Positions 26,450 through 40,310 of a stretch of DNA of 64,000 nucleotides are shown here, in pieces; position 1 is the first letter of the stretch, and every line of letters begins with the position of its first letter. Source of the stretch: Dipteris shenzhenensis (taxonomy: Eukaryota). The stretch lies in NCBI GenBank assembly GCA_047967505.1, contig CM106538.1, one strand, 5' to 3'. A program made the position numbers and the translations under genes. The notes below the pieces were generated by a model. It did not search any database. It worked only from the letters and a program-made list of their open reading frames with translations, and had not been told where the DNA came from.

Positions 26450-28038
26450 CACATTTATCCGAGATATCTTGCTGCGAATGGTGGTCGATTGCCTCACAAC
26501 CGCCAGATAGCCAGGTCGTTTGCCATGCAGCTTTATGCTGAGTTTGTCCTTGGTCATCGGGTGGACTACCTCAGTACCCGTCCAGGATCAGGAGCGGGAC
26601 GTGGTAGGATGGGGCGTCAGGAGCGTCAGATTGTAGGTGTTCGGCGTCGACACGAGGGACCAGAGTTGCACACCATCCCTGCACCGGCATTGCAAGCGGT
26701 GGGAGGACAGATTAGGGGGGATGTTCATTCAGTGGCATCATCCTTACAGCACATGGTCTCTGCCCTATCGAGATCTATTGCGATTCCACCTCCCCCACCT
26801 CGATCATCGATGGAGCATCCCACATCTACACCACCTCCCACATCTACGGCACCTCAACACGAGTTGGAGGCTCGAGACAGACGGATTGCAGAGTTGGAGG
26901 CTGTGTTGGCCGAGTCTAGGGACGAGGTTAGTTATTTTGATTATGTTAGTTTATTTTTTTGTAGCATGTTTTGAACTGAAGTTTTTTGGTTAATTCTCAC
27001 CATGTACGCGACATGTTTGCATTGCAGGCACATCTATTGCGTCAGGAGATGGAGTCTCGCGTACGACTGTTGCAGACAGATTTGGAGGAGCAGAGGATTC
27101 GGACACGCATAGCATACCATCGCGCAGAGCACTATATTTTGCAGTTGAGGCATATTAGTCGTGATCCGTCGCGCCATAGGATCGACCCCAGTGTGGCCCT
27201 ATACCCTGCTCCTCCCGTAGATGTGCCGACTAGGACACCCATAGACGCAGCAGTCGTAGCGAGGCTTCCTACTGCCACTTGTGTCCTCTGCCACGAGGAC
27301 TTTGACACCGTAGGGTGGTTTGGACTAGGGTGCGGCCACATCGTACATCTCCACTGCATGACCCGCCACATGGTGGCACGTTCAGTGTGCCCTGTATGCT
27401 TTGCCGACATTGATGTGGCGACATACAGAGGACTGGGCATGGATGATCTATATCCTGGTCATCATCAGGCTGTTGATCCATTCGCCCGTGTAGTCTTGAC
27501 AGAGCACTACAGGGAGGAGGCACAGAGAGCATTGCTGATGCAGGAGGGTGCGGATACATCGGTGGTTGCATCATGCATTCCACGACGCTTTTCGTACGGT
27601 GATTTCATGCCAGGTGCCGAGGCACGAGCGGAGGAGGCACGCCGGATTGAGCGAGAGGCAGAGCTACGGACATCATTGCAGCAGTGAGTGGAGCAGCAGC
27701 TAGGGCGGGGCCGAGACCAGCGTCTTTCACATGTAGAGACGATTACTTGCGCTGGATTTGAGGCACGAGTATTCGCAGATGCATGGCTATGGGAGCTAAG
27801 ACGCGCGTACATAGAGGAGGCGAGGGAGGCAGAGATGGCAGCAGTGGCGCATGCAGCATGCCCTCCTCTTCATCAGGATGAGGCTGGCCCATCTCATGCA
27901 GGTGATGAGGCTAGCCCATCTGAGTCGGCATTGCCTGAGGGCACACAGCGGACGGTTGGGCAGCGAGTCATACAGGAGCCACGTCAGCGTTCCACTAGAG
28001 GATCATATGTAGAGTTATCAGATTCAGATTCAGATTGA
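26450..28038 (+). pseudogene. RING cargo gene of the outer copy, 3' part (intron 26927-27027)
   Basis: CVLCHEDF...CGHIVHLHC...CPVC; premature TGA at 27685-27687 (TGG in the other copy). Confidence 0.86.
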
Positions 28039-29794
28039 TTGTTTAGGCTTCACACGTTTCTTGTATAGGGATGCACTTTTGCAGCATGATGATGATGATG
28101 TACAGATTCATTTTGGTACTTTCATGATATTGTTCCCACTTTTATGATGTATGAGCATTTTCGTACTTTCATGATGTTCTTCACACTTTGTTTATCTCAG
28201 TTTATAGTTTGTTTAATACATAAGGTATTTAAAAAAGAATGCCATGTGAAGTAATTGTAAACATTAAACATTAATTGCAAACATTAAACATTAAACATAT
28301 CAAAATTCATCTTTTTTTGGATGAAAATTTTATTTTGCTGATAAAAGTTTTTCATTTTTTAAACAAAAATTTTATTCTATTCATGTTTGTCAATAAAGTG
28401 TGTTTCAAAATCCAAATTTTCATCAAATTTTCAAAAAGACAACTATTATCATATTCATGCTTCCAAATCTAGCCTTCCGATCTTAATATCAAAATATGTT
28501 GAAATTCAACCATTTGATAAACCAATTTGTATAAAAAGAAAATTACTTTTTTTAGACAATGCCATAGCCCAATGTAACATTGTTTCATCAAATGAAATTA
28601 GATATTAAAGTAACATCAATTTTACCAACTTTCAATTTATGCTATTTACAAAAAGTATTCTAGAAATGTATATTGGTACAAAACTTATCCATGACTCCGA
28701 GGGCAATGTTGTTACCTATGTGTAAATCAATTGATAAAAAATTCTTTCAACACCAATGAACTTGAGGGAATGTGTGATCTAGAGATACTTAAACAACATG
28801 ACAAAAGGAAAAAATTCGAGAAATCACCAATGTGTGGACATGCTTAGTTTGTAGGGTGTAGAAATTCTTTTATATGGATTTGATATGGGCACTTGCATAG
28901 AAAACGATTGGTATTTCAAAGAAAAAGCTCTAGCAACTCTCTTAGTTGAATGAAGCAGTTTCTTCTCCTTTGCAATTTGTCATGTTTTTTAAATTAAAGG
29001 AGAGAATACTTTTTGCAAATGATAATACTAGACATTTTTAGGTTCTGCAATAAAATATAAGTAATATTTTATGCATTCTTTTTTCACAATTCTAGTTTTT
29101 TAATATTATTGACATGAAGCGTATATTTTGTCCCTACAATTTTTAAAAAATATAAATTTTTTGGGGATTTTTTTCAAAAATGGATTAGACTTGTCCTTTG
29201 CATGATTTTGCTGTTATTTATTATGACTCAGTGTTTAATTTGTCTCTTATTGTTAACAATACTTGTGCTAATTGGTGATCAAAGAAAACAAGACCTAATT
29301 ATTTATCATATTCGAACCACAATCACATGTGCCTTCCAAATCACAATCGTATATGCCTTCCAAGTTTCTAAGGACTATTTCAATTTCCTTAATATGACAT
29401 TTGCCAATGCACCAATCTAATTATTATGCATGTATAAAAGATAATGAACATAAAGAAGAGAAATCAACACAATTGGCAATTAATGCATGTATACGAGAAT
29501 ACAAGGAAGGTGTGGCATGCTAGCACACCATTTTATTTCACTATTTTCTTTTGCATTTAGTGGTTTATGTACAAGAGAAAGGATTGGCGGTTGGTATAAG
29601 GAAAAGTGTTGGTATTTGGTTTATGTAAAAAGAAAGGGTTGTTGTGGCTATGCACCAAAAAAATATACACATATTAACAATCCCACTTCTCCCTTTTAAA
29701 CTCTACTCATGTATGGGAGTACAAGGAAGGTGTGACATGTTAGGCCACAATTAATTTTACTATTTTCTTTTGACTTTGGTGGTACGCTAACGTG

Positions 29795-32060
29795 TAGTCG
29801 TGCTAGTAGGGATTGCTTCTACGTGGCGCAAACCAAATCAGTTGGAGACCAAATCTTGCGTGGATGTACGTCTAGGATAGCCTAAGAAGCATGTGAAGTT
29901 TCGTCCCCAACAGGGTTTAGGATTTAGGGTCCAGGGTTTAGGGTTTAGGGTTTAGGGTTTAGCCGTGCTAGTAGGGATTGCTTCTACGTGGCGCAAACCA
30001 AATCAGTTGGAGACCAAATCTTGTGTGGATGTACATCTAGGGTAGCCTAAGAGGTGTGTGAAGTTTCGTCCCCAACAGGGTTTAGGATTTAGGGTCCAGG
30101 GTTTAGGGTTTAGGGTTTAGGGTTTAGCCGTGCTAGTAGGGATTGCTTCTACGTGGCGCAAACCAAATCAGTTGGAGACCAAATCTTGCGTGGATGTACG
30201 TCTAGGGTAGCCTAAGAGGCATGTGAAGTTTCGTCTCCAACAGGGTTTAGGATTTAGGATCCAGGGTTTAGGGTTTAGGGTTTAGGGTTTAGCCGTGCTA
30301 GTAGGGATTGCTTCTACGTGGCGCAAACCAAATCAGTTGGAGACCAAATCTTGCGTGGATGTACGTCAAGGGTAGCCTAAGAGGCGTGTGAAGTTTTGTC
30401 CCCAACAGGGTTTAGGATTTAGGGTCCAAGGTTTAGGGTTTAGGGTTTAGGGTTTAGCCGTGCTAGTAGGGATTGCTTCTACGTGGCGCAAACCAAATCA
30501 ATTGGAGACCAAATCTTGCATGGATGTACGTCTAGGGTAGCCTAAGAGGCGTGTGAAGTTTCGTCCCCAACAAGGTTTAGGATTTAGGGTCCAGGGTTTA
30601 GGGTTTAGGGTTTAGGGTTTAGCCATGCTAGTAGGGGTTGCTTCTACGTGGCGCAAACAAAATCAGTTGGAGACCAAATCTTGCGTGGATGTACGTCTAG
30701 GGTAGCCTAAGAGGTGTGTGAAGTTTCGTCCCCAACAGGGTTTAGGATTTAGGGTCCAGGGTTTAGGGTTTAGGGTTTAGTCGTGCTAGTAGAAATTGTA
30801 AAAATGTATGCATTTGTCCTTCCACGTGGCGCATACCAAATCAGTTGGAGACCAAATCTTGCGTGGATGTATGTCTAGGGTAGCCTAAGAGGCGTGTGAA
30901 GTTTCGTGCCCAACAGGGTTTAGGATTTAGGGTCCAAGGTTTAGGGTTTAGGGTTTAGTCGTGCTAGTAGAAATTGTAAAAATGTATGCATTTGTCCTTC
31001 CACGTGGCGCATACCAAATCAGTTGGAGACCAAATCTTGCGTGGATGTATGTCTAGGGTAGCCTAAGAGGCGTGTGAAGTTTTGTGCCCAACAGGGTTTA
31101 GGATTTAGGGTCCAGGGTTTAGGGTTTAGGGTTTAGTCGTGCTAGTAGAAATTGTAAAAATGTATGCATTTGTCCTTCCACGTGGCGCATACCAAATCAG
31201 TTGGAGACCAAATCTTGCGTGGATGTACATCTAGGGTAGCCTAAGAGGCGTGTGAAGTTTCGTCCCCAACAGATAAGTCCACGTGCATATTTCATTAGTA
31301 CGTGCGCCATTTTTCATACGTAGTCACGAGTGCTAGTAGGGATTGTAAAAATGTGCGCAACTGTCCTTCCATGTGGCGCATACCAAATCAGTTGGGCACC
31401 AAATCTTGCGTGGATGTACGTCTACGGTAGCCTAAGAGTCATGCGAAGTTTCATTTCCAACAGATAAGTCCACACGCGTATTTCATTAGTACATGCGTCA
31501 TAGCTCATACGTAGTCGTGCTAGTAGGGATTGTAAAAATGTACGCATTGTACCTTCCACGTGGCGCATAACAAATCAGTTGGGCACCAAATCTTGCGTGG
31601 ATGTACGTCTACGGTAACCTAAGAGCCGTGCAAAGTTTAATCTCCAACAGATAAGTCCACATGCATATTTGGTTAGTACGTGCGCCATTTCTCACACGTA
31701 GTCGTGCTAGTAGGGATTGTAAAAATGTACGCATTATACCTTCCAGTGGCGCATACCAAATAAGTTGGAGACCAAATCTTGCGTGGATGTATGTCCAGGG
31801 TGGCCTAAGAGTCGTGCGAAGTTTCATTCCCAACAGATAAGTCCACACGCGCATTTCGTTAGTACATGCGCCATAGCTCATACGTAGTCACAAGTGCTAG
31901 TAGGGATTGTAAAAATGTACGCATTGTACCTTCCACGTGGCGCACACCAAATCAATTCAGACCAAACCTTGCATGGATGTATGTCTAGGGTGGCCTAAGA
32001 GTCGTGCGAAGTTTCATCCCCAACAAGCAAGTCCACACGCGTATTTCGTTAGTACGTGCG
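29795..32060. repeat. internal tandem array with (TTTAGGG)n blocks, outer copy
   Basis: Eight GGGTTTAGGATTTAGGGTCCAGGGTTTAGGGTTTAGGG-type blocks at ~29912-31137, followed by the longer non-telomeric units. Confidence 0.93.
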
Positions 32061-32395
32061 CGAATTTTCTTAGTCACGTTTTTAAAATGTCCTAATGCAC
32101 AAAACAAATTACAACATTACTACTAATAAACAATTTTTTGTATTACAAACACAACAAATCCCATTGAGAAGACATCGGACATCATGTTAGAAATAGAATC
32201 TAATACAATGATGTGTATGAACGTGTATACAGCCATCATAGTGAAATACAAAATATGAGTCCATGAAAATTACAATGGTACGGTCACACAGTGAGCCTAT
32301 ACATATCGAATACAAAAAAGTGTAATCAACTAGTGATACCCAATAAAAATCAATCTGATCAACTGATGATCCCAAAAAATATGATATGTAATGTG

Positions 32396-35319
32396 CTACT
32401 CCTCAGGATCAGCTCTCATGCCAATAGTTGCAAGTATGCTCTCGTGATCTGCCACTGCAAGGCGCCATCGTGGAGTGGACGTCGCCTTGCGAGTGCGAAC
32501 ACGACTCAAAGTAATCTTGATCCCAACAACAAGATGAGAATACATGTATGCCTCCCGATCCGCCATGTACTCCTGGAACTCTATATAGCGACCACGCCTC
32601 TGTATCTGCTAAAAATAGTGGCCACCTACGATCATGCTATGAGCATGAAGTGCATCCCATGCCCATCCACTGTATCCTCATTCAGCACACTCTTCAGCAT
32701 AGAGCATCGCAACAAGTAATAATCCACACCCTCCTCATTGCCCTCCGAAGCAATAACCGCGAAGATATCACCAATACGCAAAATATCTGTAAGCTGGTCA
32801 TAATCTCTAGAGGAACTGAATCCCGCATCCTGATCATCATGTATCTCCTCCCAAGGCTGGAAGGGAGAAAGCACTCGCCGTACCCATGGATCGGCCCATG
32901 GTATCATGGAGCACCCTCCCCAATCATCATCAATGCATGCAGAGCAAAAACATGCAAACCGTCGAGAAAAGATCGCGGGGTGAGACTCACCTACGCTCCT
33001 GATGGAATGGAAATCAAGAGTGCCAGGCATAGAACGACAAACAAAAGGCCTCGACCGATCAAGACTCCCAATGTCCACGCACCAAAAATACCGGCTCACC
33101 ACCCTATCGTCACGTGACTGAAACGAGGACGTAGCACTAGTGGATAAGTGCTGGCTGCACCACCACACCACATCATGTGCATCCTTGAAGCGATCGGCAC
33201 TGTGACGCAATTGGTATCGACGCAAAGCATGCTTCACGCAAGCACCTGCACCATCGTGCTCTCCCTTACCGTGCCCTGTCTCGAAGTAGCTCCATGTGAT
33301 CGAAATGCCTGTCTCACGGTGCCATCTGCAGAACCAATAAAACTGTCTAGCGGATTTGAACTGACCACCGCAACCGTCTGACCAGATCCAACGCCGCTAC
33401 CATGTGACACCATGATCCCTCAAGAAACTATCATGCAAAGTGAAGCAATGCTGCACAAAATGGGCATCATGCGATCGATCATCACTAATGTAGAAGTGAT
33501 ACTCTCGCACAATGATGCGTGAGTCCATGGTGCTATCAATGCCATCCACATGAGCCTGTGCATGACGATAGCTAATGTGCACAAATATAGCAACCTGCAA
33601 TATGGCATTGAAAAAAAAATATGACTATTGAAATAATTCAATATAATGAGGTGGGGAAAAAATCAATACTCAATCACACGTCACCTGTTAGGAGAAATAA
33701 TACTCCGATTGGATCTCATGCTGTGGTGCAAAGGTGTAATTCTTTGCAAAGTCCACCACTGAGACAACCACCCCTATAGGAAATGTCCTCAAACATGCAC
33801 GAAACTGATGATCCTCCCATTTTGCAGTGTGCGAGTGGCGTATGTAGCGGTACAGCTTCCCTCGAAAATAGTCAATGAATACAACACGTGGTGTCTCCTT
33901 CCCCACAAGCTGCAACCTCCTCGACTGTGCACCACCATCTAATGTCAAGGTACAGTACTCATACTGCTGCCAACGAACCATCTGCACATCACAAGTATCT
34001 AGTGCAACTCGTGGCACTCTAGCAAAGTCACCACACAAAGTACATGTGCCTTCCACACAATCAAGGGAGTGGAATAAAGCATCACCATCTCGTGTACACA
34101 ATATGGAATGAATGAAGTCGCGAGGGCTAGTAGGAACCACTCCCCTATGACCATCAAGGGAACGGAATACGTCATACATCAATCCAAAATCCACATGGTA
34201 GCGACAACAGCATGTGTCACGCTCCTGAGAGCATCGCACAAACCATGGCCTGCATCGCTCAAATGACCTCTGCCCAATCTTGAACTCCGGGTGCGCCTCT
34301 ACAAACTGAGTGTACAACTCAGTCTGGGTACACTCCAAAAAACATGCACCATGCTCAATGTACACACCGCGTGACACCCTCTTCCGCAATGCCTTCTTGA
34401 ACACCGGGGATGCTCTGCAATGCTCCTCCCAAAACTGTTGTATGAAGGACCTAGTGGAATCATCCAACAATCGATCGCTGCGAGGTGCACGACCACTCGA
34501 AGCCCAAAGAGCATCAGTCTCACTATCCTCTAGACTCTGCCTCCTAATGATGCCTGCTCGCAATGTGCGCGGTGCAATCTGAAGAAGACATGAAGCGGTA
34601 CGCACATGGCCTATCATATGAGGTCTACTAATGGCAGCCACAATAGCACGACGTGCTGCCAAGGCATCACTGGAGTTCCTATGCTTAATAGAAGCATAGG
34701 AACGTCGAACACTGCTAAGGACCTCGCTAGATACAACCCTATCTCTACGTGCACCAAGACCAGCAAGCCTCCTACACTCTACCAAGTCAGGGTGATCAAT
34801 TAGGGACGTAAGAAGAGAAGACTGCGAAGCTGGCGTGAGGTCACAAAAAAAAGACTGCACAATCTTGCTAGTACGACGACAGATAGTGGACTTCGGCAAG
34901 TCACGTCGTGAAGCAACACTGCTGCTGCAAGGTGGGGCAAGGGGATCAATGGGAGATGGTAGGGTGGACGGGGGAAGGGAGGCGCCAAGCGGAGCGGGGG
35001 GAGGGGGAGGGGGAGGGGGAGGGGGAGGGGGGAGGGTGGAGGGGGAAGAGGTAGAGGTGGAGGCCAAAATGTAGGTGGCTAGGGGAAGGGCGGAGGCTAG
35101 AGGTAGGGGAGCGGCTGAGCATGGGGGGACAATGGAGGTAGGGGTGGGGGTGGAGATGGGATGTAGAGGTAGAGCTGGATCAGTGGTGGCAGCGCGAGCT
35201 TGAGCTCTAGAGGCTCTCTTGCGCTCACGAGCCTTTCGCTTGCACTCCTTGTCAATGAGATTTGGGGGGGGGTTCCTACATCTTTCACGTCTACTAGCTC
35301 TACGGCTTTGAGAACCCAT
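32396..35319 (-). pseudogene. Sola2-type transposase of the outer copy
   Basis: Reverse complement of 13014-15932. Exon 1 is open for about 540 codons. Lesions differ from the inner copy: TAA ~33688, TAG ~33397, 1-bp deletion ~32645. Confidence 0.88.
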
Positions 35320-35548
35320 TCTCAATGAAAGTAGGATGGAAGGTGTGACAAAGTGATGAGGAGGCAAGAATGGCTAAGAATGGGTGAAATGAACCAAAAC
35401 GTGGTGTCTTATAGAGAGCCTCAACTCATCCACTAGATTGCTCTTAGATTGCTCTTCATTATTATTGGTGGAGAGGTGCTAAGATTGATACTAATTGGCT
35501 TAGTTTTGGTGGAGAGGTCTGCTATGCCCAGAGCCGCGATCAGACCTT

Positions 35549-35686
35549 ATACCTCGATCGAGGTATTGAGTGCATTGTGCATGTATGTGTGAACCTCGAT
35601 CGAGGTATCCCTAGGTGTCCTCGGTCACATACCTCGAACGAGGTATTGTATGCCTCACCCAGCATATGTACCTCGATCGAGGTATT
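35549..35686. repeat. four palindromes upstream of the outer-copy transposase
   Basis: Mirror of 12644-12784. Confidence 0.88.
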
Positions 35687-36965
35687 GTATGCATCGCACA
35701 TCGTCATGTGTATACATCTGGCTGATGTGGCACCATGCATGGTCATGATGTGGTAATATAGTCTCTTCCTGCATGGTCATGATGTGGTACTGGGCATGAT
35801 GTGGCATGATGAGATGGCATTCATGAGGTGGTAGATTGACATGGCAAATTGAGGTGGAGGGATTGGTGATGTGGCAAGGTTGAGGAGGTATGCTAAGGTG
35901 GCATTGTGTGATCACATGGCTGATGATGTGGAATGATGAGCTGGCACATGTGGCAGCACGTGTGGTAATGTAAGGTGACATGGCAAGGAGTGATGTCACA
36001 TCTGCTTGATGAGATGGCACCACGTGGTCTAACAACGTGGCATGGTTTTGATGACTCAGCCTTCCACATGGGCAGCATGCAGACTCCAAAGGCTTGCCAC
36101 TAGGATCGGTGATGCTCCTAGCCTACCTCACCAAGCCTAATACCAAGCCTACCTTGTCTTGGTATTAGGCTTGGGTGGCCCTTTTTCCCCCACAAAAGGG
36201 AGATTTAACTGTTGGAGGCCATATCGTACGTTTCCCTTACTCAAATTTAACCAAAATTTTTTCCTCTTATTCATCATGCAGAGGACTAAAAATATTGACA
36301 TTTTTGAAATGTTTGGTTATGTTTGAGAATTACTAGATTTATTTTTAATATTCTTTATTGATCCTCTAAGGAGTAAAAGTAAAAATTAAACTTCAATCTT
36401 CCTAAATCTAACTGTTGGATTTGGGATTTGATGATTCAACCACACACCCTTATGTGCCTACTAACCTTCCACTGAATTGGATTTGCTTAATTATTCAAAA
36501 TACTAAAAAAATGTGGTGTGCTACTAAAATGCATGTATTTTATGACTTTATTTATTATAAATAATTATTTATAATTAGATAAATCATTCAAAAAATTACC
36601 AATAAATCAAGTTAAGCTCTACTAATGCAAAGAGACCACTTACAAAGTTTCAATAACATTTAATCTAAAATGAGTGAGAAATTTAGAATTTTATATGACA
36701 CTCTTTGTTCGTGACAAACGTGTGACCACCCTGGAACCATGCCGTGTGACACAAAGAAATTTTTTGTGTGTGCATCGAATTTTCGATCAGACTATACGAT
36801 TGTGTGCACAATAGCAAGTGTGATGTTGTGTCAGAAGACTTCAAAGACTAGATCCATAGGGAAGTAGGTGAGATTTGCATTTTTGTGTGCTAAAAAGCTT
36901 GTTTTTCCACCTCCTTAGGATTGGGGAGTGAACAAAAAGTGGACACCCTTAGCTTGCTACCACCC

Positions 36966-39900
36966 CAAGTACTTATTGGATGGGGGCTCCACTTTGCACA
37001 CAAGTCCTTTTCAACTACGTTGAGGTGTGTGCAAAGTATTGTCACCATCAGATATGCTTTGCATGGTCGATCACGCATTATACACTGTTTTTTCCCTAGT
37101 CATATGCACATTCGCAAAAAAACATGCCCTTAGGTGTGTTATCCAACCAAGTACTTATCGGATGGGTGTGCCTCTTTGAGAACGTTTCAATACCACCTAG
37201 GTTCAAGCGTAGGAAAAGTGTTTTGCCCATCGGATATCCTTTGCATGGTCGATCGAGCATTAAATACTATTTTTGCTCTAGTGTCATGCACATCCATAAA
37301 AAAACACGTTGCTAGGTATGTTATCAGATCAAGCACTTATGGGATGGGTGTGCCACTTTGCATGTAAGTCAATTCCTCTTAGTTGAAGGTGTGTGAAAAG
37401 TATTGTGCCCATCGGATATGCTTTGCATTGTCGATCAAGCATAAAACACCGTTTTTGGCTTAGTGTCCTGCACAACCATGAAAAAACATGGTCCTAAGTG
37501 TGTTAATCAAACAAGCACTTATCGGATGGGGGCTCCAGTTTGCACGCATGTCTGTTTCAACTAGGTTGAGATGCATGAAAAGTATTGTCACCATCGGATA
37601 TGCTCTGCATGGTCGATTACGCATTATACAACATTTTTCACGTAGTGATATGCACATCTGCAAAAAAACACGCCCTTAGGTATGTTATCTGACCAAGTAC
37701 TTATCGGATGGATGTGCCTCTTTTAGAACATTTCAATACCACCTAGGTTAAGGCGTAGGAAAAGTATTGTGCCCATAGGATATGCTTTGCATGGTCGATC
37801 GAGCATTAAATACCATTTTTGCCTTAGTGTCATGCACATTCGTAAAAAAACACGCTGCTAGGTGTGTTATCCGATCAAGTACTTATGCGAGGGGAATGCA
37901 ACTTTGCATGTAAGTCAATTCCACCTAGTTGAAGGTGTGTGCGAAGTATTGTGCCCATTGGATATGCTTTGCATTATTGATCAAGCATAAAACACCATTT
38001 TTGCCTTAGTGTCATGCACAACCATATAAAAACACGGCCATAGGTGTGTTGTTCAAACAAGTACTTATCGGATGGGGGCTCCACTTTGCACGCAAGTCCG
38101 TTTCAACTAGTTGAGGTGTATGCAAAGTATTTTCACCATTGAATATGCTTTGCATGGTCGATCACGCATTATACACCATTTTTTCCCTAGTGATATGCAC
38201 ATTCGAAAAAAAAAACGCCCTTAGGTGTGTTATCTGACCAAGTACTTATCAGATGGGTGTGCCTCTTTGAGAACATTTCAATATCACCTAGGTTGAGGCA
38301 TACTAAAAGTGTTGTGCCCATCGGATATTCTTTGCATGGTCGATCGAGCATTAAATACTATTTTCGCTCTACTGTCATGCACATCCGTAAAAAGACACGC
38401 TGCTAGGTATGTTATCCGATCAAGCACTTATGGGATGGGAGTGCCACTTTGTATGTAAGTCAATTCCACCTAGTTTAAGGTGTTCCCAAAGTATTGTGCC
38501 CATCGGATATGCTTTGCATTGTCGATCAAGCATAAAACACCGTTTTTGCCTTAGTGTCATGCACAACCATGAAAAAACATGGTCCTAGGTGTGTTAATCA
38601 AACAAGTACTTATCGGATGGGGGCTCCCCTTTGCACGCAAGTCTGTTTCAACTACATTGAGGTGAGTGCAAAGTATTGTCACCATCGGATATCCTTTGCA
38701 TGGTCGATCACGCATTATACACCGTTTTTTCCCTAGTGATATGCACATCCTGAAAAAAAACATGCCCTTACGTGTGTTATCTGACCAAGTACTTATCGGA
38801 TGGGTGTGCCTCTTTGAGAACATTTCAATACCACCTAGGTTGCAGTGTAGGAAAAGCTTTGTGCCCATCGATTATCCTTTGCATGGTCGATCGAGCATTA
38901 AATACTATTTTGTCTCTAGTGTCATGCACATCCATAAAAAAACACGCTACTAGGTATGTTATCTGATCAAGCACTTATGGGATGGGTGGTCAATTCTACC
39001 TAGTTGAAGGTGTGTGCAAAGTATTGTGCCCATCGGATATGCTTTGCATTGTTGATCAAGCATAAAACACTGTTTTTGCCTTAGTGTCAAGCACATTTGT
39101 AAAAAAACATGGTCCTAGGTGTGGTATCGGATCAAGTACTTATCTAACCGAGATGCCACTTTTCATGCAACTCAATAACACCTAGGTTGAGGTGGGTGCA
39201 AATTATTGTGCCCATTGGATGTACTTTGCATGGTATATCACGTATTAAACTCCGTTTGTGCCTCAATGTCATGCACAACCATAAAAAAACATGCTTTTAG
39301 GTGTGTTATCCGACCAACTGCTTATCAGATGGGTGTACCACTTTGCATGCAATCCAATACCATAATTTTTGAGACTCATTCAAAGTATTGTGCCCATCGG
39401 ATATGCTTTTCATTGTCAAACAAGCATTAAACACTATTTTGGCCTGAGTGTCATGCACAACCATCAAAAAACACGGTCCTAGATGTGTTATTCGACTAAG
39501 TACTTATGGGATGGGCATGCCACTTTGCATGTAAGTCAATAATACCTAGGTTGAGATGTGTACAAAGTATTGTGATGATCGGATATGCGTTGCATTGTCG
39601 ATTAAGCATAAAACAACATTTTTGCCTTAGTGTCATGGACAACAACCAATAAAAAACATGGTCCTAGGTGTGATATTCTAAAAAGTACTTGTCAGATGGG
39701 GGAGCCACTTTGCAAGAAAGTCAATTTCAACTAGGTTGATGTGCGTGCACAGTATTGTGTCTATCGGTTATGCTTTGCATGGGGGATCACACATTATACA
39801 CCATTTTTCCCCTAGTGTTGTGCACATCCGTAAAGAACACGCTCTTAGGTGTATTATCATACCAAGTACTTATTGAATGGGCGTTCCACTTTGCATGGAA

Positions 39901-40310
39901 TACCATACCATCACTTTTAAGGCATGTGCAAAGTATTGTGCCCATCGGATATGCTTTACATGGTAGATTGAGTATTAAATACTGTTTTTGCCTTGGTGTC
40001 ATGTACAACCGTCAAAAAACATGATCCTAGGTGTATTTTTCAAACAAGTACTTATCGGATGGGGATGCCACTTTGCACACAGGTCAATACTGCCTAGGTT
40101 GAGGAATGTGCAAAGTCTTATGTCCATTGGATATGCTTTGCATAGTCGATTGCACATTATACACCATTTTGTTCCTAGTGTTATGTACAATCGTCATAAA
40201 ATACATTTGGAGGTGTGTTATCTGAACAAGTACTTATGGGATGGGTGCACCACTTTGTATGCAAGTCAATACGACCTAGGTTGAGGCGTGTACAAAGTTT
40301 TGTGCCCATC
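36966..40310. repeat. ~181-bp satellite, right part (~18 units)
   Basis: Continues in phase from 6653. The 3-monomer pattern is clear to ~39000, and units are more diverged beyond that. Confidence 0.93.

Larger units (their letters stand above)
6654..36965 (-). mobile_element. Sola2-like DNA transposon, outer copy (~15.2 kb without the nested copy)
   Basis: TIRs GGGAGGTAGCAAGCTAAGGGTGTCCACTT (6654-6682) and AAGTGGACACCCTTAGCTTGCTACCACCC (36937-36965). TSD CAAG at 6650-6653 and 36966-36969; removing the element restores the satellite unit TTCAAACAAGTACTTAT. Transposase is on the minus strand. Boundaries are firm; the Sola2 label comes from motifs and termini. Confidence 0.9.

Noticed and set aside
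6654-36965. Assembly fold-back artefact explaining the long inverted repeats
   Set aside because: Two distinct TSDs, exact TIR junctions and independent substitutions and indels in each copy fit real nested insertions.
36890-40284. Short ORFs within the 181-bp satellite
   Set aside because: They are repetitive, in inconsistent frames and show no protein motifs.
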